Counted from the first letter of the stretch, positions 1 to 9,879 are shown. The stretch: DNA of 51,741 bases from Ferrithrix thermotolerans DSM 19514 (GCA_945861325.1 CAMATY010000001.1:1-51741); one strand, 5' to 3'. Numbers and translations: made by a program. The notes: generated by a model not told the origin, from the letters alone.

Positions 1-330
1 GGAGATAGTGGGTTCTTCCTGAATTTTCCTGTTGAGGTTCGCTTTACAGCCCCAGATGAGATTCCGCTAAGTACAGCGAGTAATCGAGAATCTGCGTATA
101 TCGCAGTTCATATATATAAAGGGATGGACTATGTTCCGTATTTCAAAGAAGTTGAATCAATCATGAACTCATACCAAGGTCGACCCCACTGGGGCAAGTT
201 GCATTTTCAAAATGCACAGAGTCTTGCACCGAGATATCCGAATTGGGATCTGTTTCAGTCGGTTCGTAATCAAGTTGACCCAAAGAGAATCTTTACGAAC
301 GCTTACCTTGAAACCGTATTAGGCAAATGA
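1..330 (+). CDS. D-arabinono-1,4-lactone / L-gulonolactone oxidase family protein, C-terminal fragment (5' end lies outside the window)
   Basis: Frame 1 is open from nt 1. The translation ...FPVEVRFTAPDEIPLS...YQGRPHWGKLHF...DPKRIFTNAYL resembles the ALO C-terminal domain (HWGK motif). The stop overlaps the next start (ATGA at 327-330). Confidence 0.7.
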   Translation, partial: GDSGFFLNFPVEVRFTAPDEIPLSTASNRESAYIAVHIYKGMDYVPYFKEVESIMNSYQGRPHWGKLHFQNAQSLAPRYPNWDLFQSVRNQVDPKRIFTNAYLETVLGK

Positions 331-1514
331 CGATGAAAAGTTTCATAGATCTTGGTGTACCGGCAAAGTTTGCCGACAAATTAACTGCTCGAGGCATTGC
401 GACGCCTTTCGAAATTCAAACCGCTGCGATACCTGATGGTTTAGCAGGTCACGATGTTTGCGGGAAGGCACCTACCGGATCGGGCAAGACTATTGCGTTT
501 GGTCTTGTAATGGCGGTGCGGTTACAAAAATCAAAGCCGGGCCAACCCGGTGGTTTGGTGTTAGTACCAACTCGCGAATTGGCGATTCAAGTAGCGAAAG
601 AAATTGGTCTGCTGTGTGATGGAACTGATCTTCGTGTCGCTTCTGTCTACGGAGGAGCAGGCTACGGTCCGCAAGTTAAAGCTGTTCGCGGAGCAAGCAT
701 CATTGTTGCAACGCCAGGTCGTCTTGAAGACTTACTCGAGCGTCGCGATATGTCACTTAGTGCGGTGACGATTGCTGTTCTTGACGAAGCCGATCGAATG
801 TCAGACATGGGTTTCTTGCCTGCAGTGCGAAGATTGCTTCGCGCGTTACCAAAACATCGTCAGGTGTTGTTGTTCTCGGCGACGCTAGATGGTGATATTT
901 CGCAAGTTGTCAAAGAGTTTCAAAACAATCCAAAACGACACGAAACTCAAACCGATGCCGATGAACCAGACATTGATCATAAATTTTGGATGGTCAGTCG
1001 AAATGATCGTGTTGAAACAATCGCACAACTAGTTAACCACTACGAGCGACTTATCTTATTTTGTCGAACAAAGCATGGTTGCGATCGTCTTGCCAAGCAA
1101 CTAGACAACTCTGGTGTTCGATCATCAATCATTCACGGCAACAAGAGTCAAGCACAGCGAGAACGATCACTAGAAGAGTTCCGTCGCGGACGCTCGAATG
1201 CGCTTGTTGCTACAGATGTTGCAGCGCGTGGAATTCATATTGATGATGTTCCTTGCGTAGTTCATTTTGACCCGCCTGCGGATCACAAAGATTACATCCA
1301 CCGATCTGGTCGAACAGGTCGTGCAGGTTCAAAGGGCGTCGTGATATCACTTGTGGAATCTTCACAAAAGCGAACTGTCAACAAACTCGCGCGTGACGCT
1401 GGTGTTGAAGCAGACTTCGTTGCGCCTGATTTCGAACCTGCGTTGGACGAAATTGCAGCACGACCGGGAGCGCTTGGTGGAGTGTTACTAACTGTCGGTA
1501 GCCACTCCGAATAA
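327..1514 (+). CDS. DEAD-box ATP-dependent RNA helicase (short, 395 aa)
   Basis: Q-motif FEIQTAAIP, motif I APTGSGKT, Ia PTRELA, II DEAD (LDEADRM), III SAT, VI HRSGRTGRAG. Confidence 0.9.
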   Translation: MTMKSFIDLGVPAKFADKLTARGIATPFEIQTAAIPDGLAGHDVCGKAPTGSGKTIAFGLVMAVRLQKSKPGQPGGLVLVPTRELAIQVAKEIGLLCDGTDLRVASVYGGAGYGPQVKAVRGASIIVATPGRLEDLLERRDMSLSAVTIAVLDEADRMSDMGFLPAVRRLLRALPKHRQVLLFSATLDGDISQVVKEFQNNPKRHETQTDADEPDIDHKFWMVSRNDRVETIAQLVNHYERLILFCRTKHGCDRLAKQLDNSGVRSSIIHGNKSQAQRERSLEEFRRGRSNALVATDVAARGIHIDDVPCVVHFDPPADHKDYIHRSGRTGRAGSKGVVISLVESSQKRTVNKLARDAGVEADFVAPDFEPALDEIAARPGALGGVLLTVGSHSE

Positions 1515-1518
1515 TTTG

Positions 1519-3789
1519 TTAGAAACAGATATCTTGCGGACGAATTGGTACGCGAAGTAGATCTCGGCCGGTGGCGTTTCGAATTGCCGCAGCGATAGCA
1601 GGCGTAACTGAGATACATGGTGGCTCGCCGATGCCCTTGGCGCCGAGTGGAGCTTGTGGTTCGGGTTCTTCAATCATGATTGCAACAACTTGTGGTGCAT
1701 CTAGTGCGGTTGGCAATAGATAGTCAGTAAAACTGGGGTTGCGCATCTTGCCATTATCGAGAACAATCTCTTCCATCACCGCAAGACCCAGACCTTGCGC
1801 GATGCCTCCTTCAATTTGTCCGAGTGCCGCAATTGGATTTAGCACGCGACCGACATCTTGTGCCGTCGCAATCTGAATAACTTTCACCAGGCCAAGTTCA
1901 ACATCGACATCAACGACAGCACGATGCGCAACAAAAGCGAAAGCAACATGGCAGTTGCCTTGACCGTTCTCATCTAATTCTTGTGTTGGTCGATGATGAT
2001 GCTCGAATGTCTCGTCGATCAGAACTCCTGTTGAGGCTTCAGTCACGCTGATTCTGAAATCACCGATCATGTCGACGACATCGGTATCTTCAATAACTAG
2101 GCGCATTGGATCGACATCATATTTTTTGCCAATATGTTCAAACAGTCTTTGGCGTACAAGACGACATGCTCCGTCAACGGCGCCACCACTCATCCAAGTT
2201 TGTCGGGATGCCGATGTGCTGCCTGCCGAACCGATACGGGTATCAACCGGGTCAATTACGACTTCGTCAACGCCAAGTACTGAGCGTGCGATTTGTGGCG
2301 CAAGAATCACGAAACCTTGACCGACTTCAACGGTGGCATATTTAAGATGCACAACGCCATCTTGTAGTTGACAGCGAGCGGTTGCGAAATCATCGAAAGC
2401 CTCGCTGTACATCAAATTCTTGATTGATACGCCCCAACCGACGCCACGAACAATATTGTGGGGCAGCGAAGTTAAGCCAGATCCACCAACAATTTCTAGA
2501 GGATCAGCATTTTTAGCCAGTGCCGCAGGCATCGGTATTGAATTCGTTTCATTAATGCATCGCGCAACTGGAGCCACACTCTCGACTACTTGGCCAGTTA
2601 TGAGTTTGTCGCCAGTAACCATTGCATTGATTAACCGAATTTCAACTGGTGAAATGCCGCATGCGGTCGCTAATTTATCCATTTGGCTCTCATGCGCATA
2701 ACAGGCCTGAACGACTCCAAAACCTCGCATCGCACCACAAGGGGGATTATTCGTGCGAACCGCAAATCCATCAACCGTTGCATTGAGACATTTATACGGT
2801 CCTTGAATGTGAGTGATGCCATTAATCAGAACTGCCGAGGATGTTGATGCGTAAGCGCCGCCATCAAACACCATGCGAGATTCGATTCGTTGAATTACAC
2901 CAGCGCGAGTTGCGTGATGGCGAATCCAAATCTTGGCTGGGTGTCGATGAACATGACCGTAAAAAGATTCTTCCCGTCCGTATTGCATTTTGATAGGACG
3001 AGAGGTCCGTAGTGCAAGCAATGCACAGTGCACCTGCAAACTGATGTCTTCTCTTGCACCAAATGCGCCGCCGACTCCACCTAGAGTCAGTCGAACTTTT
3101 TCAAGTGGCAATCCGAGGCAGGCTGCAATTTGTTTTTGATCCTCGTGAAGCCATTGTGTGGCTACGTACATTTCTATACCATTCCCGCCAGTGTCTGGTA
3201 TCGCCAATGCTGCTTCAAGACCCAAGAATGCTTGGTCCTGCATTCCCAATTCGTAGGTGCCTTCGACAATTACTTCGCCTTGCAGATTTTGATCTCCAGT
3301 GATAATTCGTTGATGACGAATCAAGTTTCCATCTGGATGTATCTGCGCTGTAGTTGGCAGAATCGCAAATTCCGCATCGGTCACAGGTGTTAAAACTTCG
3401 TATTCAACTTTGATTGCAGCCAGAGCCCTTCGACAGGTTTCCGGATGATCAGCCGCCACCGCAGCAACAGGTTCACCGACATATCGCACAAATTCAGATG
3501 CGAAAACTGGTTGATCACTAGCGATGAGACCATACGTTTTTTTACCAGGAACATCATCGTTAGTGATGATCGCCTCAACACCCAAAATCTTGTACGCCGC
3601 AGAGAGATCAATACTCACAATTCGCGCGTATGGGTGGGGGCTTCGTAAGGTTGCGCCCCACAACATGTGTTCAGCGTGCAAATCAGATGAAAATTCAAAC
3701 TTTCCTGAAACCTTTGCTACACCGTCTGGTCGTAACGCTGAGTTTCCTAAGATCTCACGGCGTGTAGATGTCTGCGTTGCTGAACTCAT
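1519..3789 (-). CDS. Xanthine dehydrogenase-family molybdopterin-binding large subunit (756 aa)
   Basis: GGVGGAFGAREDIS (GGxFGGKE-like), AMRGFGVVQ (xRGFG), C-terminal GAKGIGEPP with the catalytic-type Glu. No CODH AYRCSFR/AYRGAGR loop. The start overlaps the Fe-S subunit stop by 1 nt. Confidence 0.9.
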   Translation of the reverse strand: MSSATQTSTRREILGNSALRPDGVAKVSGKFEFSSDLHAEHMLWGATLRSPHPYARIVSIDLSAAYKILGVEAIITNDDVPGKKTYGLIASDQPVFASEFVRYVGEPVAAVAADHPETCRRALAAIKVEYEVLTPVTDAEFAILPTTAQIHPDGNLIRHQRIITGDQNLQGEVIVEGTYELGMQDQAFLGLEAALAIPDTGGNGIEMYVATQWLHEDQKQIAACLGLPLEKVRLTLGGVGGAFGAREDISLQVHCALLALRTSRPIKMQYGREESFYGHVHRHPAKIWIRHHATRAGVIQRIESRMVFDGGAYASTSSAVLINGITHIQGPYKCLNATVDGFAVRTNNPPCGAMRGFGVVQACYAHESQMDKLATACGISPVEIRLINAMVTGDKLITGQVVESVAPVARCINETNSIPMPAALAKNADPLEIVGGSGLTSLPHNIVRGVGWGVSIKNLMYSEAFDDFATARCQLQDGVVHLKYATVEVGQGFVILAPQIARSVLGVDEVVIDPVDTRIGSAGSTSASRQTWMSGGAVDGACRLVRQRLFEHIGKKYDVDPMRLVIEDTDVVDMIGDFRISVTEASTGVLIDETFEHHHRPTQELDENGQGNCHVAFAFVAHRAVVDVDVELGLVKVIQIATAQDVGRVLNPIAALGQIEGGIAQGLGLAVMEEIVLDNGKMRNPSFTDYLLPTALDAPQVVAIMIEEPEPQAPLGAKGIGEPPCISVTPAIAAAIRNATGRDLLRVPIRPQDICF

Positions 3790-4277
3790 TAGCGACCTGC
3801 GTTACGAGTTGAAACTGCTGTAGCGACAGCCTCAAAAATGCGACCATAGCCAGTGCACCGACAGATGTTTCCTGAGATTGATTCTTTGATTTCTAGATCA
3901 GTTGGCTCAGGATTATTTGCCAGCAAATGTTCTATCGCTACTACTAACCCGGGAGTGCAGAATCCACATTGCACTCCGCCTTCGGTGATGAAAGCATCTT
4001 GCACGGCTGTCAAGGTGCCATCGTTGGTCAAACCTTCGACTGTGGTAATTTCAGAACCAATCGCTGTTGCTGCCATGACGAGGCACGAACAAACGGCTTG
4101 ACCGTCCATGATTACGGTGCAACTTCCGCATTCGCCCTGTTCACACGCACCTTTTGAACCCGGTAGTCCGAGGCGCTCACGCAACACATAAAGCAAACTT
4201 TCGCCGACCCATGCATCACGCACTTCGTGCTTGCTTCCGTTGACGGTCAAATTGTAAATTTCTGTGTTGGCAATCAT
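3789..4277 (-). CDS. (2Fe-2S)-binding small subunit of the Mo hydroxylase (162 aa)
   Basis: CEQGECGSCTV...C plant-type cluster motif plus CGFCTPG...CRCTGY second cluster motif. 4-nt overlap with the FAD subunit gene. Confidence 0.9.
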   Translation of the reverse strand: MIANTEIYNLTVNGSKHEVRDAWVGESLLYVLRERLGLPGSKGACEQGECGSCTVIMDGQAVCSCLVMAATAIGSEITTVEGLTNDGTLTAVQDAFITEGGVQCGFCTPGLVVAIEHLLANNPEPTDLEIKESISGNICRCTGYGRIFEAVATAVSTRNAGR

Positions 4278-5125
4278 TGCGTATTCGCTCTCGTCAATAG
4301 TCGCCGAGAAAGAGTTGCCACAGCATGTCGGCGATAGGCAGCAGTGCTTCGATGATCGTCAATCGGTTTGGATTCGCTAGCGATTCTGTCACCGAATTCT
4401 TTGAGCAGATTTGGCGCAACCGCAGAAACTTTTCTGAGATCTATCTGTGAGGCAATCCATGCTTCGGTTTCGCGACAGCGAACAATTGTCGGGCCGACAG
4501 CGCCGAGAGAAACTGCAATTGCGCCAACATTTCGATCGACTACAAGGCAACAAGATGCAACAGAAATTACCATTGCATTACGAACCCCGACCTTGGCGTA
4601 CCCTTGCCAGCCGTCAATGACCGGCAGCGTTGTTGAGACGATAATTTCACCCGGCTGACGGGCGTTACGTTTGACGCCGAGCATAAAGTCATGCACAGAA
4701 ATCTCACGAAAACTAGTTGCGGTATGCAAGTTGACTATTGCATTGAGCGCGCTGAGCACGGGTAGAGCATCACCTGCTGGCGAGCAAGTGCCTAGATTGC
4801 CACCGATCGAACCTGCGGCACGAATTTGTGGAGAACCTACTGTACGAGCGGCCTGTGCGAGAGCAGGGAATAGTTCGGCTAATTCTCCGTGCTCCATTTT
4901 TTGATAGGGCAGGCCAGCGCCAACCGTGACTCGCGATCTATCGGCTGAAATTTCATAGTTGCGAATTTCGTTCACTCTGCGAAGTGCAATAACATCAGTT
5001 GGCTTGCGATGATTGAAATTAATCTCGACCATCAAATCGGTGCCGCCCTGAATTATTTGTGCAGAAGGGTTTGCACTCGTGGCGATGAGCGCTTCTTTTA
5101 GCGTCAATGGAACTAGTACCGTCAC
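4274..5125 (-). CDS. FAD-binding (CoxM/XdhB-like) medium subunit of the Mo hydroxylase
   Basis: LKEAL...[10 protein letters not shown]...GSIGGNL motifs. I prefer the GTG at 5125, which forms a GTGA overlap with the upstream stop, over the longer ORF start at 5140. Confidence 0.85.
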   Translation of the reverse strand: MTVLVPLTLKEALIATSANPSAQIIQGGTDLMVEINFNHRKPTDVIALRRVNEIRNYEISADRSRVTVGAGLPYQKMEHGELAELFPALAQAARTVGSPQIRAAGSIGGNLGTCSPAGDALPVLSALNAIVNLHTATSFREISVHDFMLGVKRNARQPGEIIVSTTLPVIDGWQGYAKVGVRNAMVISVASCCLVVDRNVGAIAVSLGAVGPTIVRCRETEAWIASQIDLRKVSAVAPNLLKEFGDRIASESKPIDDHRSTAAYRRHAVATLSRRLLTRANTQ

Positions 5126-6150
5126 GAAACACCATCCCAATTTGAGAATGCATCAATCATTGCTTTGACATCACCAAGTGGATAAAGAATCGGGCAGGTA
5201 GCGCCGTTCTTAAGGTAATGGGTTACCCGTTGACGAGCCTCTGTCGGTGTTCCACTTGCGGTGAGCATTTGAACAATTTCATCGGGCACATGTTTTGATG
5301 CTGCAACAACTTGCTCGTGAGTTGCTGGCCAAGTTAGAACTGAGCCAACTTTGTCAAGTATTGACTGGGGTACACCCGATGCCTTCATGATGTGTGGCTG
5401 TTGACCGAGATATTGGGTGACCATCTGTCGTGCCATGTCGAGAGCAGTCTTACGATCTTGATGAACGCTACAAACAACCAATTGCGGTCGATCTATTGAG
5501 TCAACAGATCTTCCTGCGCGATCAGCGCCAATAGTCAATGCTTCCATCGCCTTTTGGTTATATTCAGGTGAAACCAAGTAATTCAAAACCACGCCGTCGG
5601 CAATCTCACCAGTTAATTCCATCATCTGCATTCCAGTTGCGCCAATATAAATTGGAACATGTTTCGCGCGACGCTCCTGATACACATAGTCCAGTTCCAC
5701 GCCGTCGAGGTGCACGAATTCGCCGCTAAAAGTGACAGTCTCATTATTTAGAAGCGCACGCACACTGGTGACGATTTCGCGCATCGCACGCAATGGTTTA
5801 GCGCGCGAGATGCCAACTTTTTGCGCTAGCGGGTCCCACCATGCACCGATACCTAAAATCACGCGACCTGGCGCAAGGTCGTCGAGAGTTGAGAAAGTAG
5901 CCGCAAGGCGAGCAGGGTTACGACTCCAGCAGTCAACGACACCAGAACCGACTTTAATTCTTGTGGTTACAGATGCAAACGCGGCCATTGGTACTGTTGC
6001 TTCGCGCACGAGTCGACTCTCGGCTTGCCACACTGCTTCGAATCCTTTGCTCTCGGCGTATTTCGCAAACTCCATTCCCTCCGAAATGCGATGCGCATCT
6101 TGAAGATATAACGCAACGCGAGCGGACTTCGCTTGTGTGACTGGGCTCAT
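5122..6150 (-). CDS. Luciferase-like (LLM class, Mer/F420- or flavin-dependent) oxidoreductase (342 aa)
   Basis: TIM-barrel LLM pattern: FEAVWQAE...RIKVGSGV...[11 protein letters not shown]...YIGATG. The start abuts the upstream stop with a 0-nt gap. Confidence 0.8.
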   Translation of the reverse strand: MSPVTQAKSARVALYLQDAHRISEGMEFAKYAESKGFEAVWQAESRLVREATVPMAAFASVTTRIKVGSGVVDCWSRNPARLAATFSTLDDLAPGRVILGIGAWWDPLAQKVGISRAKPLRAMREIVTSVRALLNNETVTFSGEFVHLDGVELDYVYQERRAKHVPIYIGATGMQMMELTGEIADGVVLNYLVSPEYNQKAMEALTIGADRAGRSVDSIDRPQLVVCSVHQDRKTALDMARQMVTQYLGQQPHIMKASGVPQSILDKVGSVLTWPATHEQVVAASKHVPDEIVQMLTASGTPTEARQRVTHYLKNGATCPILYPLGDVKAMIDAFSNWDGVS

Positions 6151-7221
6151 TTAACTTGCCAACCTTTCGTGTAGTCGTTTCGATTGTTCGGCGGCTTTGG
6201 CTCTAACTTCATTAATGTCAACTCGTGTCGGCACACCTGAAACTAGAACTTGCTCACCGTCAATTTCAACATCTGTTGCGCGGATACCTGGCGTGAATGC
6301 GACATGCCATTCACTTTCGAGATGATCGTAATTGAACCTCACTTTGTCGGTTTTTGCTTCGGGGAAATATTTGTATCCGTTTTCAAGCCAAGACCAAACG
6401 ACAGAAGGCGAGGCGGAAACATCAAACTCGCGTAAGCGAACGTATGCAAGCCGTGCTTCTTCAAGCATGTCCGCGCCAATGCCATCCGTGCCGAGCATTA
6501 CTTGATTGTCAAGTTGAGTTGGTTTTGCATACCCCACAGAATTATTCATATTTGATCGGGGATTATGAACCACTGCGCCAGCAAGTTTGCGATCAAGATG
6601 AACCGCGTGAATTAAAAGCCAGTCGTCGTTCGCAAGATGCTCAAGTCGAGGACCGGCTTGCTGGTCATCAATACCTTCGGCAACATGAATATGTACGCCG
6701 ACATTGTGTTTTAGCGCAAGTTGGCTTGCTGCGTTCAAGGTTTCATCGCTACACGTGAAAGCAGCGTGAACACCAACCATTCCACGACCACCTTCAGATA
6801 AATAGCGATCGCATTCAGCCAAGCCTTGTTTGGCCGCTTGCGTCATCTCAGAAAGTGGCGAAACTTTTGAATGCAACTTGCCGGCATTATCCCAACGATC
6901 AGTCACTCCATAACAAGCATTTACGCGCACGCCAACCTCTTTACAAGCTTTCGCAATAGTTGACAGTGAGCCATCAATACTTTTGGGTGATTCGTGATGA
7001 TCAATAATACAAGTCGTGCCACTCAGTAGAGCCTCAGTTGCACCGAGCATCGCCGACCAATAAATCATTTGATCATCAAGCGCATCATCTAACCGCCACC
7101 AAACTTGTTGAAGAATCTCTATAAAGTTTGTCGGAGAATGTTTCGGGGCGGGCATTCCGCGAGCAAGAGACGAATACAAATGATGGTGTGCACATACAAG
7201 TCCCGCAGTCTGATTCGACAT
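6151..7221 (-). CDS. SsnA/chlorohydrolase-like amidohydrolase-superfamily protein, N-terminally short (356 aa)
   Basis: HxH metal motif already at residues 12-14 (CAHHHLYS), WWRLDDALD, IIDHHESP, HIHVAEG, HNPRSNMNNSVGY, LGTDGIGADM. As I recall E. coli SsnA, these are close to its blocks. Confidence 0.75.
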   Translation of the reverse strand: MSNQTAGLVCAHHHLYSSLARGMPAPKHSPTNFIEILQQVWWRLDDALDDQMIYWSAMLGATEALLSGTTCIIDHHESPKSIDGSLSTIAKACKEVGVRVNACYGVTDRWDNAGKLHSKVSPLSEMTQAAKQGLAECDRYLSEGGRGMVGVHAAFTCSDETLNAASQLALKHNVGVHIHVAEGIDDQQAGPRLEHLANDDWLLIHAVHLDRKLAGAVVHNPRSNMNNSVGYAKPTQLDNQVMLGTDGIGADMLEEARLAYVRLREFDVSASPSVVWSWLENGYKYFPEAKTDKVRFNYDHLESEWHVAFTPGIRATDVEIDGEQVLVSGVPTRVDINEVRAKAAEQSKRLHERLAS

Positions 7222-7224
7222 TAA

Positions 7225-9834
7225 TTAATCTTCTTGTTTGTTGCGACGCATCGGCAATGTATTTCGCCAGTTGCCATCAAGATTATGTAGCGCAGTTGCA
7301 ACGGCTCCCGCTGTTGGCACTAGCCCGATTTCTCCGACACCCTTAATGCCGTATGGTGAATTCGGTTGAGCCGACTCAATAAGTTTTACTTCAATTTTAG
7401 GAACATCCTTGGCGCGCAAAATTCCAAGACTACGCAGAGTCATATTGGTTGGAAACGCCGTAATCGGATCGGAAGGAAAATCTTCGGTCATCGCATATCC
7501 GAGACCCATGTGTACGCTGCCTTCGACTTGTCCTTCGCACAGAGTCGGATTCACTATTCGCCCAACATCATGCACTGCTAACACGCTTTCAATTTTCTGT
7601 GATGTGCGATCAATAACTACCATTTGGGCTGCATAACTAAATGTTGAGTGGATAATTGGGTTTGTTACCCCAGGTTCACCGAGTTTGTTTGTCCAGTCGA
7701 CGCGATATTCGCCGACGTGGTCAACGCCCTTGGCGAAATTCGCGGCGCGAGCGACGTCGCATGCATTCTTGACAGAGCCAGCACCCATTAACGTTCCGCG
7801 CGAACCCGTTGTCTGGCCAAAGCCAAGTTCGCGTGTCGTATCAACAATCACATCAATCAGCGTCGCATCAACGCCGAGTTCATGAACGGCAACTTGTGCA
7901 ACGACGGTGTTGATTCCCTGACCCATCTCTGTCCAACCGTGACGAACTTCAATCCGCCCGTCTTGCTTGAAATGTACAACTGCTTTGGAAATTTCTTTAA
8001 ATCCATTGCCGAGCCCACTATTCTTGAGACCCAGACCAAGACCAACTGCTTTGCCTGCAGCGATCGCCGCGTCGTAGGCCGGTTTAATTTCGTTGAGACA
8101 AATTTCTGCGCCCAGACAGCCGTCGTCCATGATCTGACCAGGACCCCAGACCATGCCCGGCTTAATTACATTTCGTGATCTGATTTCCCAGCCAGAAATA
8201 CCAACTTTTTCGGCAAGGCGATCCAAGACACCTTCCATCGCGAATTGCGCCTGATTCGCACCGAAACCACGAAAGGCACCACACACAGGATTATTCGTTC
8301 GAGCAGCAATTGCTTCGACGTCGATGTTGGCAACTTGATACGGACCGCTTGCATGTCCAGCCATTCGTTCAAGAACTTTCATCCCGACACTCGCATACGC
8401 CCCAGAGTCTCCGATTGCTCGAACACGTAACGCTGTCAGGATTCCTTGATCATCACATGCTGCTTCGTAAGTCATTTCAATTGGATGGCGCTTGGGGTGC
8501 ATCAAAAAACTTTCTTCACGAGTCAAAGTGCACTTGACGGCGGTATCAAGTAGCCACGCAGCAAGTGCCGTATGCGCTTGGTTGCTCATATCTTCTTTGC
8601 CACCGAATGCTCCACCATTTGTGATCAGTGTTACAGTCACTTGCTCATTTTGAATTGCCAGCAGGCGAGCAATGTCGTTGCGGTCATCCCACACACCTTG
8701 ACCCCCAGAATAAACCTGCAAATGTCGATTGTTGTTATCTGCACCAGGTACGCAAAGAGTGCTCTCTGGTTCTAAAAACGCGTGCTCTATCCGTTGGGTA
8801 TTAAAAGTTTCCTTGACAACATGGCTGCTAGTTGTAAAAGCTAGATCACAATCACCGCGCTTATATGTCGATTTGCTCAGAACATTTGAGTCAGTTCGCC
8901 AAACAGCCAAGTCAGATGAGTTGACTGCAACTTTCGCATCAGTGATTGGCGCAAGAACGCCGTAATCAACCGTTACAAATTCTGTCGCAGATCTTGCGTT
9001 GATACGAGAATCGGCCACGACGATTGCTAAAACATCACCGGCGTAAGATGTGCGTCCTCCAACGGGAATCATCACGGGCCAGTCTTTGTAAATAATCCCC
9101 ATCATTAGTTCGCCTGGAATATCAGCAGCAGTGAACACCGCTTTCACACCAGGCTGAGTTAGCGCAGTATTTGAATCAATCGCAAGCACATCGGCTCGTG
9201 CATGCTTCGTGAAAACTAATGCTGCGTGCAACATTCCTGGTATGCGCATGTCGTCGATATATCCGCGATCTCCGAGTGCAAGTGCTTCTGCTTCATATTT
9301 TGCAACTCGCACACCAAGTCCACCGGTTGTCAGAATTTCGCGATCAACATTTTGAGCAACAGTTTCAATCGCATCAAGAATTTTTACATAGCCAGTGCAG
9401 CGGCAAAGATGTGCGCCAAGATGTCTTGCCATATCTTCACGCTTTAACCCTGCACCTTTTTTGTCGATTTGCGCTTTCGCGCGCACGATGATCCCAGGAA
9501 TGCAAAATCCGCATTGCAAACCTCCGCAAGCAGCAAAGGCGTTGGCGAAAGCGTCACGCTCTTTTTGGCTTACGCCTTCAAGTGTCGTGATTTGCGCACC
9601 TGATACTTTTTCAAGAGACTGTTGACAACTCACGATTGCTTTGCCGTCTACTAGTACGGTGCAACAGCCACATTGACCCGTTGGTGAACAACCATCTTTC
9701 GGTGAAGTGATATCTAGCTCTTCGCGTAGTGCCGCCAATAAATGCGGGTGATCATTGCGAACAGTGACTGGAACCCCGTTGACGGAGAACGCGACGCGAT
9801 CGGCGACCTTTGGCGAATCATTGACTAGTGTCAC
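7225..9834 (-). CDS. Fused [2Fe-2S] + molybdopterin-binding hydroxylase without an FAD domain (XdhD / aldehyde-oxidoreductase architecture, 869 aa)
   Basis: N-terminus has CSPTGQCGCCTV...C and CGFCIPG...CRCTGY. The Mo domain has NGGAFGGKEDMS, GAFRGFGANQ and GIKGVGEIG (catalytic-type Glu). GTG start. Confidence 0.9.
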   Translation of the reverse strand: MTLVNDSPKVADRVAFSVNGVPVTVRNDHPHLLAALREELDITSPKDGCSPTGQCGCCTVLVDGKAIVSCQQSLEKVSGAQITTLEGVSQKERDAFANAFAACGGLQCGFCIPGIIVRAKAQIDKKGAGLKREDMARHLGAHLCRCTGYVKILDAIETVAQNVDREILTTGGLGVRVAKYEAEALALGDRGYIDDMRIPGMLHAALVFTKHARADVLAIDSNTALTQPGVKAVFTAADIPGELMMGIIYKDWPVMIPVGGRTSYAGDVLAIVVADSRINARSATEFVTVDYGVLAPITDAKVAVNSSDLAVWRTDSNVLSKSTYKRGDCDLAFTTSSHVVKETFNTQRIEHAFLEPESTLCVPGADNNNRHLQVYSGGQGVWDDRNDIARLLAIQNEQVTVTLITNGGAFGGKEDMSNQAHTALAAWLLDTAVKCTLTREESFLMHPKRHPIEMTYEAACDDQGILTALRVRAIGDSGAYASVGMKVLERMAGHASGPYQVANIDVEAIAARTNNPVCGAFRGFGANQAQFAMEGVLDRLAEKVGISGWEIRSRNVIKPGMVWGPGQIMDDGCLGAEICLNEIKPAYDAAIAAGKAVGLGLGLKNSGLGNGFKEISKAVVHFKQDGRIEVRHGWTEMGQGINTVVAQVAVHELGVDATLIDVIVDTTRELGFGQTTGSRGTLMGAGSVKNACDVARAANFAKGVDHVGEYRVDWTNKLGEPGVTNPIIHSTFSYAAQMVVIDRTSQKIESVLAVHDVGRIVNPTLCEGQVEGSVHMGLGYAMTEDFPSDPITAFPTNMTLRSLGILRAKDVPKIEVKLIESAQPNSPYGIKGVGEIGLVPTAGAVATALHNLDGNWRNTLPMRRNKQED

Positions 9835-9864
9835 ATAAACACCATACAGCTATTGAGCTTGAGG

Positions 9865-9879
9865 TTTACATTATGTAAA
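9865..9879. promoter_or_regulatory. Perfect 7-1-7 palindrome TTTACAT-T-ATGTAAA in the only spacer inside the catabolic gene array; candidate operator overlapping a -10-like CATAAT (minus strand)
   Basis: Read directly from the sequence. It lies 31-45 nt upstream of the GTG start at 9834. Confidence 0.3.

Noticed and set aside
1519-5125. Annotating the L/S/FAD genes as aerobic CO dehydrogenase (coxLSM)
   Set aside because: The large subunit lacks the CODH active-site loop (AYRCSFR, or AYRGAGR of form II). It has xanthine-dehydrogenase/aldehyde-oxidoreductase-type GGxFGxxE and xRGFG loops and the C-terminal catalytic Glu. No coxDEFG accessory genes are present.
7219-7230. Possible stop-codon read-through or fusion between the Fe-S/Mo hydroxylase and the SsnA-like gene (same frame: GAT TAA TTA ATG)
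   Set aside because: The same-frame arrangement is real. However, TAA is the most efficient stop codon, I see no read-through context or structure, and a 3-nt gap with reinitiation is the ordinary explanation. The truncation of the SsnA-like protein is reported separately.
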